Source of the DNA: Mobula hypostoma
Lineage: Eukaryota
NCBI RefSeq assembly: GCF_963921235.1
Contig: NC_086097.1
Location: 171,432,001 to 171,496,000 of the forward strand
Direction of reading: 5' to 3'
DNA: 64,000 nt
Shown here: in pieces, positions 12,865-24,976 of the stretch
Layout: each line of letters opens with the position of its first letter
How positions within the stretch are numbered: the first letter of the stretch is position 1
Position numbers and translations under genes: made by a program
Notes under the pieces: model-generated
What the model was told of the DNA's origin: nothing
What the model saw: the letters and a program-made list of their open reading frames with translations, nothing else
Databases searched by the model: none

Positions 12865-13500
12865 GGAGGGAGGAGAAGATGGCGGTGTGACGCAGCGCAC
12901 GCGGCCGTTCCGAATGAATATCGATATGTGTAACTAAGGGTGCCATGCACAATCCGGATTTGATGGGAACAGCCATGAAGTGCAGAGGAATATCTGGAGA
13001 AACTTCTGAAATGCCTGCTTCACTGCCGGTGCTACTGTGCGATCGAGAATCTCCAGAGACGAAGGCCCCAAATCCTCGGCTTTGTGTATCGCCTGTTGCC
13101 GGGGTCGGGGTCGAAACGCTCAGCAGGGATTCTGCTCGGTGCTCGGTGCTGAATAGGTGGTCGGAGGCTTGGAGTTTTTTGGATGGACTCAGAGTCAGAC
13201 TGTGGTTGGATGCTTCCGGGATGCTGCATCGGCAGGTTGGCGGCACTGGAGGTTTACCATGAGATGATGGGACTTTCGAGAGACTCTGAGACTTTTACTA
13301 TGCCATGGTCTGTTCTTATCAAATTACGGTATTGCTTTGCACTGTTCTAACTATATGTTACAATTATGTGGTTTTTGTTAGTTTTTAAGTCGGTTTGTCA
13401 TGTGTTTTTGTGATATCATTCTGGAAAAACATTTTTATCATTTCTTAATGCATGAATTACTAAATGACAATAAAAGGGGACTGCGTGTCCTCATAATCAT
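12865..13500 (+). mobile_element. Non-autonomous non-LTR element (SINE-like, probably Rex1/Babar-related ends)
   Basis: GC-rich body starting AAGATGGCGG, T-rich 3' region, AATAAA and a short CATAAT tandem tail; family assignment is inference. Confidence 0.5.
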
Positions 13501-13650
13501 AAGTCACATGATTAATTCATTAGCGTGATACACATACAGAAAGTGGGTTCAAATACCACCAAAGCAATTGAGAAATTTTAATTAATGAATTTGAGGCAGT
13601 ATATAAAAAAAACCTGGTTTTAAAAGTGGTGGTAATGAAACTATTGGACT

Positions 13651-13859
13651 CTTGAGCAACACGTACACAATTCTGGGGGAACTTTGCAAGTCAGTCAACA
13701 TCTATGGAGGGAAATAAACAGTTGATGTTTCAGGCTGAAACCCTTCACCTGGACCCTAAACTTTGATTGAAATCAAGCCTGAAACTTCAACTTTTTATTC
13801 CCCTCCATAGACGTTGCTTGACTTGCTGAGTCCCCCTGACATTTTTGTGTGTTTTGCCC
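13651..13859. mobile_element. Short inverted (palindromic) Penelope pseudo-LTR element
   Basis: Two pLTR halves in opposite orientation; 13-bp TSD AAACTATTGGACT at 13638-13650 and 13860-13872. Confidence 0.8.
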
Positions 13860-14070
13860 AAACTATTGGACTGTTGTGATAGAACCCATTCACACAGAAA
13901 GAAATTGGCCATCTTTACCAAATGTAGTCCATATGAAACCCCAAACCCACCAAATGTAGTTGACTCTTAACTGTTTCCTTGACTTCGGGCATGTAAGGAT
14001 GGAAATAACTGTTTGTAATGTGAGCAATCTGTATTTGAATTCCAAAAAACAAAAATCATCTGCACCAAAC

Positions 14071-14258
14071 CTTCTTTAGAATGATGACACCTTCTTGGCT
14101 CTCACTATTTGTAAGTATGCCAAATGTATCCGAGCCATCACTGCCTTCTACAGTGTAGGTCATTTCTGTATTTTGTCCAATGTCGGCATCAGTAGCCATC
14201 ACCTTCCCGATGGTGGTCTCGATATCGGCCGATTCTGGCACGGAAAAGTGGTACCACT
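14071..14258 (-). CDS. cdh19: Type II cadherin coding exon 5 (EC3), 188 nt
   Basis: KWYHFSVPESADIETTIGKVMATDADIGQNTEMTYTVEGSDGSDTFGILTNSESQEGVIILKK; polypyrimidine TCTCTTTTTTAG acceptor, GT donor at 14070; phase 1-0. Confidence 0.95.
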
Positions 14259-16714
14259 CTAAAAAAGAGAAAGTAAATCCAATGCAATCAGTGACAAAGG
14301 TCCCTCTACAACACCATGCAGCTGCTGGAAGGTACTAAAGCAAGAAGTGAACACACATAGGTAATGTTGAAACATGTTCTTAGTGTCACAGGCAAAAGGC
14401 AAATGTGGGCCAGTAGTAGCTACAATCTGTTCTGAGGTACCAGTGATAATACAGGTTAGATCAGAGACTAGATTAGTTTAGCTTATTGTCATATATACCA
14501 ATATTCAATTAAATGCCTTGCTTGCGTGAAGCCCAGAGTAAAATATGTTACATATCATAAATCTAATGTTAAATACAGTGATGAGCAAAAAGCAATTCAA
14601 TGGCGCAAACATAGTCGTACAGTCTGTAGTCCTACCAAAAAATCAATGATAAAGTACAGAGGTATGGGGAGAAAACATTTCCAGATACAACCAGAATTAT
14701 TTTGCTGGAGGAACTCAACAGGTTGAGCAGCATCTGTGGGAGGAAAGAAATTGCCAACATTACCGGTCAAGGCAAAAATAAAAAGACTCAGCCCAAAACA
14801 TTGACCATCCTTTTGCCTCTACAGCTGACACTCAATCTGTTGAGTTGTTCCAAGTGTTTTCTAATTGCTCCAAATTCAAGTGTCTGCAGTCTCCTGTGTC
14901 TCCACAGTCAGAATCTACCTCTGTCACACAATAGTGAGCGAAATTTTCCACTCCCCACAGTAGTGAGATGACATTTCAAATTCCTGCTAAAATTCTTTCC
15001 AATGTCACAAATGTAAGATCTTCCAATCAGATGATGTGATGGAAATCAATAAAACTCCTGTTGCTTGAAACTTTGTTAGTTGGTAATAGTTTATTATTGT
15101 CACATGCAGTGAAAAGCTTTGTATTCATGCCATCCAGGCATGTATTCCATTCATCAATATATCAAGGTAGTACAAAAGGGAAAAAAATACTGAATGCAGA
15201 ATATTGTACAGAGAAAGTGCATTGCAGGTAAATAAATTAAGCGCAGGGGCCATGGTGAGGTTGACTGAGGGATCGAGAGTTCATCTTTATTGTATAAGAA
15301 ATTCATATTCAAGAATCTGATAATAGCAAGATAGAAGCTGTCCTTGAGCCTGGTGGTGAGTAGAAAATCCTCGACATGCTCCACGGGTCAGACAGCCTCT
15401 ACGGGGTCACTAGCAAGGTTAAAACTGCAGATCGAAGCCCCTTCATCAGAAGTCAGGTGCAATAGTTTAAATTCTTTGAACCAATATATTCCTTGGAAAG
15501 TGGAACCCTAATGCAGTTTAATTAATCACAATACCATATTACAAAAGTATGTATTGCTGGGATGAGTGGTTTAAAATCCCTGATATTTGTGAGACCATGT
15601 TGAACCACTTAGCAGCTTCACTGAAAGACACCTCATTTCTTTGAATGTTGAATTAATTTTTTCAAAGTGAATTGGTATCTTTGGAAAAAGTAAAACAAAG
15701 GAGACTGCAGATGTTGGAATCTGGAAGAGAATACAGAAACTGCAAAAACTCGGTAGGCCAAGCAGCATCTGTAGAGTCAAGAGACATAAATCCATATTTT
15801 AGATTGAGACCTTGCCTCGCAAATGTTGACTCAAACCTTCAACGATGCTGCTTGACTCCACCCCCAACCTCACCCTAAATTTCTTCCAGCATCTGGTTTT
15901 ATGTTCAAAGAAAATGAAATGCAGTTTGAGGTTCCTTCCTCAATGACCAGGATCTCAAACTGTTACCTGGTGTGAATGTGGCCAATTTGTGGGCAGATGC
16001 TAATCCTGACAATTTGATGAGTTAGCTCTTTCTTGTGAGGGAATTAAAATCAAAAGTGTGGTCACTGATAAACACAGTTGAGAAATTCTATTGTTGAGAA
16101 AAATTAGTTCAATGATGCAGCAGTGTCTGAGGTGAATATGACCGAGGCACTTACAGAGCAACAAGTAGTAAACACCTCTTGGAAAAAGGAACAGTATGGT
16201 GCGACAATAGAGTGAGGGAAAATGATTGCATGGCCCATCGGCACTGGTACAGCTTTGTTAGACCAAATGAAAATCAGCAGTAGGTTTAACATCACTGGCA
16301 TATGTCGTGAAATTTGTTTTTATGTGGCAGCAGTACATTACAATACATTATAATAAATTATAGCAAGTATATATATTAAGAAGTTACATTAAATAGGTAG
16401 TTTAAAAAGGGAAAAAACAGTGAGATAGTATTTATGGGTTCAATGTCCATTGTGAAATCTGATAGCAGAGTGAACGATATTATTCCTGAATCATTGGGTG
16501 TGTGCCTTCAGGACAAAACCAAAGAACTGTTTTCTGAGTTTAATGCATACCTCTATATCACCATTCTAACAATGAAAAAGTCCAATAGGAGATTGCAATA
16601 CTAATGCACTAAGGTCAAGGCTCTTGTGCTTGGAATAGTTTCACACTTCTTATGTGCCATGCTTTTCATAGTCTTATGAGCCTATGGTATCCTTTGGCCA
16701 ATAAAAGCATACTT

Positions 16715-17040
16715 TCAAAGTAGTGTCATTGTTTTAAATGTAGGAAAAACAATTCCCGCAGAGCAAGCTCCCACAAGCAGCAATATGATCATACTGGGAT
16801 AAATTGCTTTTCTGATGCCGAACGCAGGATAAATATTGGTCAGGAAACTGGGGAGAACTGCCTTGCTGCTTCTTCCAAAACAGCAACATTTGATTTTTAA
16901 CACCTCCAAGAGGAGGCAATTTCTTGGTTCACTACCTTGCATAACAGATGGCACCTCTGACAGTGTAGCACATTCTCATAGGGTGTTAGTCTAGATTTTC
17001 TTGTGGCACTCCTGAAGGGGGGACTTGAATCTACAGCCAG
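16715..17040 (-). mobile_element. Old DeuSINE (SacSINE1/AmnSINE-type) copy; related copies at ~21570-21910, ~29600-29860 and ~54900-55210
   Basis: Shared blocks GATAAATATTGGTCAGGA.ACTGGG.AGAAC, GGCACCTCTGACAGTGTAGCA and GGACTTGAA (reverse B box); family name from recall. Confidence 0.55.
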
Positions 17041-17919
17041 GAGTTGCTACTTCTGATTCTGAGTGGTATAATTTCCTCTCGTAATAGATACATGTGTGGT
17101 AGCTTACTGAGGTAGAAAAGTCCTCACAATCAATTGTGTGTTTAAGTACTTCAATGTGCAACAGACCAAACTTTTAGCAATTGATACATGTTTATATTTT
17201 CTTTAAGTGATGGGTTTCTAGTGTTTCTTTGTGGATTGACACCGATTCTCTCAACCCATCACAGCATCTACTTGATATTATATCTTCACTTGCTGTGGAG
17301 TGCCATCTGCTGCAGACTCAAGGGAAAATATAATAGTGAGTTCAGATGGTGGTAACAAGCTGTCACTGGCTGATTTTTGGATGGAGGCAATCCATTTGCA
17401 CTGCACTAGAAGTGAACTGGCCCTCAGGGCAGACATTTTGAGAATAAAACTCCAATTATCCAGATTGTGTAGGGAACCAGTGTGCCTACCACCAGCAGTT
17501 TGGGAAGCAATTGGTAATGAATGCAACAGAGGAAAATATAAAGCATTGGAGCAACACAAAAAATCTCAGGCAGATAAAAACAGTATTGTGTTTATTGTGT
17601 TTGGGTTTGGTCACTCTGCTACAGGAGCAATGCTATTAAGCTCTAAAGAGGGTAAAATATTTTTACAAGGCGTGTGAGGGCTTCAGGGACTGAGTTATAT
17701 GAAGAGATCATACAGACTGTGCCTTTACTCCTTGGAGTTTTGGAGAATGAAGAGTGATCTCAATAAGGAAAATAAAATTGTGAGGGGCGTAGATAGGGTG
17801 AGCAGTTTTCTTCCAGGGTTGTGGAATTGAAAACTGGAGGCCATAGTGCCAAAGTTAAGGGTGAGAAGATTAGTAAGAACATGGAGGAATGGTTTTTATC
17901 CAGCAGGTAACATTGTTTG

Positions 17920-18510
17920 ACCGGATTGAAATTCTGGTTGAATGGCGCCCCAACAACCTCTTACTCCAACGTTTGTAAAATCAAAGAGCTGATTATTGAC
18001 TACAGGATGTGGAAACTGGAGATCATGAGCCAGTCTTCGTTAAGGGATCAGAGGTGGAGAGGGTCAGTAATTTTAAATTGCTTGGCATTATCATTTCAGA
18101 GGATCTATCCTGGGACCAGAACATATGACCCATTACAAAGAAGGCATAGCAGTGCCTTTACTTAGAGGTTTGCACAGATTTGGTAGAGCAAACTTCTAAA
18201 GGTACACAGTGTCCTGACAATCTCCATCACAACCTGGTATGGTAACACCAATGCCCATTAATGGAAAAGCCCTTAAAAGGTAATGGATACAGCCCTGTTT
18301 ATCACAGGAAAAGCCTTTCCCACAATTGAGCACATCTATAAGCAGCACTGCCTCAAGAAAACAGCGTCCATCATCAGAGACCCAAACCATCCAGGCATGC
18401 TCTCTTTTCCCTGCTGATATTGGCAAGGGGGAATGGGAACTTTAGCTTCAACAGCACCAGGTTTAGGAACATTTATTATCCTTCAATCGTCAGGCTCTTG
18501 AACCTGCGTG
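17920..18510 (+). mobile_element. Rex1/Babar LINE 3' fragment
   Basis: Decayed NNLLLNV.K.KELIIDYR...VERVSNFK.LG...SEDLSW coding sequence, followed by ITTWYGN and IRDP.HPGHALFS. Confidence 0.75.
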
Positions 18511-19952
18511 GAAAACTTCACTCACCTCAAAACTGAACTGATTCCACAACCTATGGACTCAAGTTCAAGGACTCCACTACCCAGCTTCTCAGTAATATGT
18601 ATTTATTTATTATTATCTATGTTTTTGTATTTACATAGTTTTTCTTCTTTTGCACATTGGTTGTTTGAGAGTTCTGTGCATCAGTTGTTAGAAGCATTGA
18701 GGAAGGTACTCCATACGTGCTGAAGAAGCACATGGACAGGTAGATGGATGACAAGAATTTAGAGGGCCTGGGAAATGGGATTGGACAGCATGGATGTGCA
18801 TGGTTTTAAGGGCTCTTTTCTGAGCTGTGCAACTCTGTCTCTATGACTTCAATGAATGAAAGCTAACACTGGCCATCTACTTCTGAACGAGTGCAATGTT
18901 TGGTTGCAAATGTCAGAAGGTTCAACAGTACAATGTTCCTAATTGCATGCAAATTTGATTAAAGTGAAACTTGCATTTATATAATGCCTTTCAGGGTATA
19001 AAACTGTGCTTTAGAGCCAATTAAGTATTTTGTAATGTGTCATCATTATGGTAATGAAAGACGTTGCTTAGAATTTCCAGCATCTGTAGAATCACTTATG
19101 TTTATGATCAGCGGCCAATTTACAACCCGGAACTTACTATGTACAGGAAAGTGACAAGGTAATGTGTGTTTGTCATGTTGATTACAGAGTAACTGTCAAC
19201 TGGGAGACATATGTACACTGTACATTTAATTGTATACATTCATGACACTGTATGACTTCTGACGTGGTGGAAACCATTTTGAGAGTAGTTAATGCAGTAC
19301 AGGAAACAGAAAAGAACAAATAATACATCTGGATCATAGATTTAAATGTGTGCACTACATAATAAGGAGAAAATCTCCAGCGAGTAAAACATAAGTTAAA
19401 ATATGAGTAATTGTATGTTGTTCTGGTTACTTGGGGTATTGTCTGCAGCTCTGGTCAGCACACTATAGGAAAGACTGCCCATAACCCCAATCCTGCCTTC
19501 GCAACAGATCACCTCTTGCATTACCATTTACTTGTCTCTGATAGTGTTTTGGTTTGCACTAATGTCCTGTATTACTAATGTATAATTTTATGTTCTATGT
19601 GCTCCATGCGTCTGTGAAGCTGCAGCAAGCAGGTTTTTCACTGAACCTGTACTTCAACATACTTTCGCTTATGACAATAACCTTGACTTGATGTGACATA
19701 TTTAAGTTGGAGGGGAGCAGAAAATCTTCACAAGAACCTTGGCTGGACTGAAGGCTTGAGCTATTAGGAGAGATACAATAGATGAAGTCTGTTTCCCTGG
19801 AGCAAGAGAGGCTGAGAGGTGACATGAAAGAGCAATGAGACACATAGATTGACTCAGATAGCCAGCGTTTGTTTCCCATGGTAGGAGAGTCTAAAATTAG
19901 AGGGCATAGATTTAAGCTGATAGCGGAGAGGTTTGAAAGGGGTTCTGAAAAG

Positions 19953-20166
19953 TTTATTTATTTATTTATTGAGATATTGTGTGGAGTAGGCCCTTGTGGC
20001 TCAGCCAGGCCACACAGTAAACCGATTTAACCCTAGCTTAACTACAGGGCAATTTACAGTAATCAATTAACCTACCAATCAGTAAGTCCTTGGACTGTGG
20101 GAGGAAACTGGAGCACCCTGGTTGTACTGTAAAGTGCTCTGCTAACTGCTACGCTACAGTGCAGCC
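19953..20166 (-). mobile_element. V-SINE-type element, internally deleted, inserted in a CR1 fragment
   Basis: V-domain-like TTGGACTGTGGGAGGAAACTGGAGCACCC and a (TTTA)n tail. Confidence 0.6.
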
Positions 20167-22158
20167 TCAATTACAAGACAATTTTTCACACAAAGATTAG
20201 TTAGTATCTGGAATGAGCTGCCAGAGGAGGAAGTGAACATTTAACAACATTTAAGAGGTACTTGAATAAGCAGAGCATAGAGGGCTAAGGAATTAATGAA
20301 GATTGGTGTAATTGGTGTAGATAGTCATGCTAGTTATCATAGACACGGTGGGCTGAAGGTATTGTCCTTATGCTGTAAAAGTCAATAACTATGAGGAATA
20401 ATATTTATAGAAAAATTATGAGCATGACATAAGCAATTCTTCCATGATTCAGAATAAGTGACAATTACACATTTACAAAATAGGCTTCCTGAGAGATCTG
20501 AGGATGCTTCCCTTCTGTTAGAGACCAACATCTCAAACAATGAGGTATGGTAGCATACAGTGAGTCACCAAACTAACAGCCTAGCTTTTGAAACACACTG
20601 ATCCATCAGCATTAGTTTAAATCCCACCATCACAACAGGGAAATTTAAATTCAAGATATTAGTTAAAGAAAAATATATTCACTGTAACACTCAGCATGAA
20701 GCTTGTGGATTGTTGTAAAATCTTTTGGTTCATTAAATGATCCTTAGAGAAGGAAATCTGCTGCCATTTCTCCGCCTGTTCTACCTCTCACATGCGGTGA
20801 TGCCTTATGTTTGTGGTCCTGGTGAAATGAGGTAAAGTGGTAAAATGGTTTAATATTGTCACATGTACTGAGGTGCAATGATCTGTTTTGCATGCCATTC
20901 TTATAGATCATTTCAGGTAGTACAATGAAAAAAAACTCTCGCAGTTATAGTTAAGGTTCAGTGCAGGCAGGCAGTAAGGTGCAAGGCCATGATGAGGTAA
21001 AGTCCATCCTATTGTAACAGCAGCAATGGGGCAGCTTCTTCCCAATGCGACTAGAGAGAAAAGAGAATGTCCAAGGTGGGTGGAGTCTTTGATTATGTTT
21101 TGTGTTTATGCTTTGCTGAAGCAGTAAGAAACATAGACAGAGTCCCTGGAAGGAAGGCTGGTTTCCATGGTATGCTGAGCAACGACCATAACTCTGTGCA
21201 GTTTCTTATGGACGTGGGTAAAGATGTTCCTATACTAAGCCATAATGCATCTGAATAAAATGCTTTCTGTGGTGCACCAATAAAAAATGGTGAGGGTCAA
21301 AGGAGACGTGCCAAATTTCCGCAACTTCCTGAGGAAATAAAGGCACTGGTGCACTTTCTTGACTGCCAATGACAACACCATGATCCAAGCATCTATTGGT
21401 ATGACAACCTAACTGTGATTCCCAGCCAGCTGAGCACATGATGATGGAACAAACCAGGAATCTCCAGCACTGGGATGTCTTTATCCATCAGGAACGTTTA
21501 CTTCATAGCAGACCTACAAAGGGCTTAGTATTAATTAAGCCGTGCAACAGAACCTAGGAATGGGGGCCTAGTACCTTTCGATGCATCTCAAAGCACTTTA
21601 CAGACAATTAAACTTTTTTGAAGCTTTGTTACTGTTTTAGTATAGGAATCATGACAATCAATATGTGGACAGCGAGCTCCTGCATACAGAAATAAGTGAA
21701 TGATCTGACTATCTTTGACTGAAGGTAAATATTGTCCAGGACACTGGGACAGCACACTTGCTCTTCTACAAAAAAAAAAGGTGTATCCTTTCCATTCACG
21801 AGAGACGGGACATTGACCCTTAGTCTACCATTTCATTGGAAGGATAGCACCTCCAGATGTATAGCATTACCAGAGTCCTGCAACGAAGTATTAGCCTAGA
21901 CTTTTCTGCAGGATTAAACGTCAGGAGTTAAAGGACTCTGCAAAGATCTCCTGATCTTGAAACAATTTTCTCTATCTTTATTACGTCGACAGTTTGTCAC
22001 TCCAGGTGGTCGTTGCAAATAAATTTCCCTTCATGTTTTCATGAGATGTTCTGGTTATAAATTTATGCTAATGGAGACAGGAAGACATAATGCGGTGTCT
22101 TCAGTATTTATAACTGATGTGATACTGAGAGATCTCATTGAGCTGAGAACGTACTTAC

Positions 22159-22326
22159 TGTGTTGGAATTTTGGTCCATTGTCATTAACATCAGATAAGG
22201 TGATGGTCACAGTTGTTGTCCCCGAGAGACCTCCTTTCAATCCAGCCATGTCCTTTGCCTCAACAATAACCATGTAATGTTCTTTGACCTCTCTATCCAT
22301 GTTAGGTAAAGCTACACGAATAATTC
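22159..22326 (-). CDS. cdh19: Type II cadherin coding exon 4 (EC2), 168 nt
   Basis: GIIRVALPNMDREVKEHYMVIVEAKDMAGLKGGLSGTTTVTITLSDVNDNGPKFQH; MDRE and DVNDN motifs; TTTTCCACAG acceptor, GTAAG donor at 22158; phase 1-1. Confidence 0.96.
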
Positions 22327-24976
22327 CTGTGGAAAACATTCCACTCTTGATTAAAAAGGAATCATTCCTCCTTGTACAACATATCAGATAACCAAAAACA
22401 ATAGCACACAATTTATAATTGGTTTCATTATCTCCTGTTAGCCGTGGTCGCAATTCTAGGGGATTTTCCCATGAGATTTGTAAAAAGGTAATTTCTGCTC
22501 ATACAAGTAATTTAAAGTTCTTTCAATTCCATGAAATGACATTTCAGCTAGCTAAATCAGGGCAGACCTATTTTGTTGAATATTTCTATGTAGGACACTT
22601 AAGGCATTGAAAAAATGTGTGTCAACTCTAAATGAATGAAATATCATCATCTTTGCAATTTCCAAGCATTTGAACCATCAAGGCACAGAAGGCAGCAGAA
22701 CAAACGCTGGTAGATGGTACTAGAATACAACAGGTGGGTATTTGATGTTCGACATGCGCACGGTGGACTGAAGGGCCACTTTCTATGCTGTATAGTTCTA
22801 TGCCTCTATAACTGGTAACATCTCCCTCACGTTCCCACAACGTCAGATGATATGTGGCAAAGAACAGAAAGCTGGAGGAGTCCAGTGCATCAGGCAGCAT
22901 TTGTGGAGAAAAATTTCCAAATTTTTCAACCAAATTTCCAGCTTCAGATGCATCAACTAGACTGAAAGGCTGGAGCCAGTATAAAAAAAGTTGGAGGGGA
23001 GGGATGGAGCAGGAGTTGGTACATGAGCAGGTGGATCCAGGTGAGGAGAGCAAATGGTAGAGGGGAGAGTGACACTATTCCCAATGTTTGTTGCTCCAGA
23101 TGTTGGCATCAATTGTCTCCACATGACTCAACGGTTTCAACCAGTCTTACTTCTTCACTTTCCGTTGTGCAACATGGAGCCGTACTTCTGTACAACGCAG
23201 AAAGGGGCCTTCATGCACTCTACATGTGAAAAGTTTAAACTTTCATGGGCTTTAAAATTCCCTCTCATCTTGAACCCTCATTTTTTAAACTTTTGACTGA
23301 TTTTGAACATCTTCCCTATCTCGAAATCTAATGAATCTTCACCGCACTCCCTCTACAAAAAGGATATAATTTCCTGGAAAATATGAATGGTTGAAAGATC
23401 TTTATTGCAGTCTTGCAGACAGAGGTGTTTAGTGAAGACACCATGAAAGACACTAGCAGTACGGTGAAAGTTCCAGGTGTCAGGAAGCATGACGTGTGTG
23501 AAGTTACCATATCTAGAGAGATGATTCTTGGGAAACAAAGGTCTCAAGGTAGATAGGTCAACTGGACAACACGGTGTAAACCCTGGGGTTCTGAAAGAGG
23601 TGGCTGAAGTGATTGTGGAGGCGTTAGTAATGATCCATCAAGAATCACTAGATTCTGGAAGACTGAAAAATTTCAAATGTCACTCCACTCTTCAAGAGGA
23701 AAGCAAGGCAAAAGAAAGGAAACTATAAGCCAGTTAGTATGACTTCAGTGGCTTGGAAGAAGTTGGAGTCGATTATTGGAAGATGTTGAGGTCTCAGAGT
23801 ACTAGGAGGCACATGATAAAATAGGATGTAGTCAGCTTGATTTCCTCAAGGAAAAATCTTGCCTGACAAATCTGTTGGAATACTTTGAAGAAATAACAAA
23901 CAGGATAGACAAAGGAAAATTGGTTGATGTTATGTACTTAGATTTTCAGAATGCCTTTAACATGGTGCCACACGTGAGGCTCCTTAACAAGAAATGAGCC
24001 TATGGTTTACAGGAAAGCTTCTAGCATGGATAAAGCAGTGGCTGATTGACAGGAGGCAAGGAGTTGAAATAAGGGAGCCTTTTCTCGTTGGCTGCCAGTG
24101 ACTAGTGTGTTCCATAGGCGTTTGTGTTGGGACCGATTCTTTTACATTATATGTCAATGATTTAAATGAATTGATAGCTTTGATGCAAAGTTTGCAGACA
24201 ATATGAAGATAGGTGGAGGGACAGGGAGTTTTGAGGAAGTAGAGAGGCTACAGAAGGACCTAGACAGATTAGAGGAATGAGCAAAGAAATGGCAGGTGGA
24301 ATACAGTGTCGGGAAGTGCATGGTCCTGCACTTTGGTAGAAGAAATGAAAGGGTTGACTATTTTCTGAATGGAGAGAAAATACAAAAAAAAAATGAGATA
24401 CAAAAGGACATGGAGGTCCTTGTGCAGGATTCCCTAAAGGTTAGTTTGCAGGTTGAGTTTGTGGTAAGGAAGGCCAATGCAAGGTTGGCATTCATTTCAA
24501 GAGGACTAGGACATAAAAGCAAGGATATAATGTTGTGACTTGATAAAGCAATGGTGAGGCCTCCCTTGGAGTATCGTGAGCTGTTTTGGGCCCCCTACCT
24601 TAGAAAGGATGTGCTAAAACTGGAGAAGGTTCAAAGGAGGTTCACGAAAATGATTCCAGCGTTGAATAGCTTGTCATATGAAGAGCGTTTGATGGCTCCG
24701 GGTCTGTATTTGCTGAAATTCAGAAGAATGAGGGGTGACTTCATTGAAACCTATCAAATGGTGAAGGGCCTTGATAGATTGGATGTGGAGAGGATGTTTC
24801 CTTTGGTGGGAGAATCTAAGACCAGTGGACACAGCCTCAGAATAGAGGGGCATCCTTTTAGATAAGGAGGAACTTCTTTAGAAAGAGAGTGGTGAATCTG
24901 TAAAATTATGTCACTGACAGCTGTAGAGAACAAGTTTTTACATATATTTAAGGCAGATATTGATAGATTCTTGATT

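Noticed and set aside
12833..13262. GC-rich ORFs (105-137 aa) or CpG-island promoter
   Set aside because: They lie within an interspersed-repeat-like unit with an AATAAA and tandem tail; no protein motif is recognisable.
5105..14070. Next cadherin exon (rest of EC3, LDFE-type motif)
   Set aside because: No cadherin-like translation was found on the minus strand by eye or in the ORF track; it probably lies left of the window.
17300..17313. CTCF-like motif (minus strand GCAGCAGATGGCAC) and the overlapping 125-aa ORF 17300-17677
   Set aside because: A single imperfect motif is expected by chance in 64 kb; the ORF has a non-ATG start and no recognisable domain.
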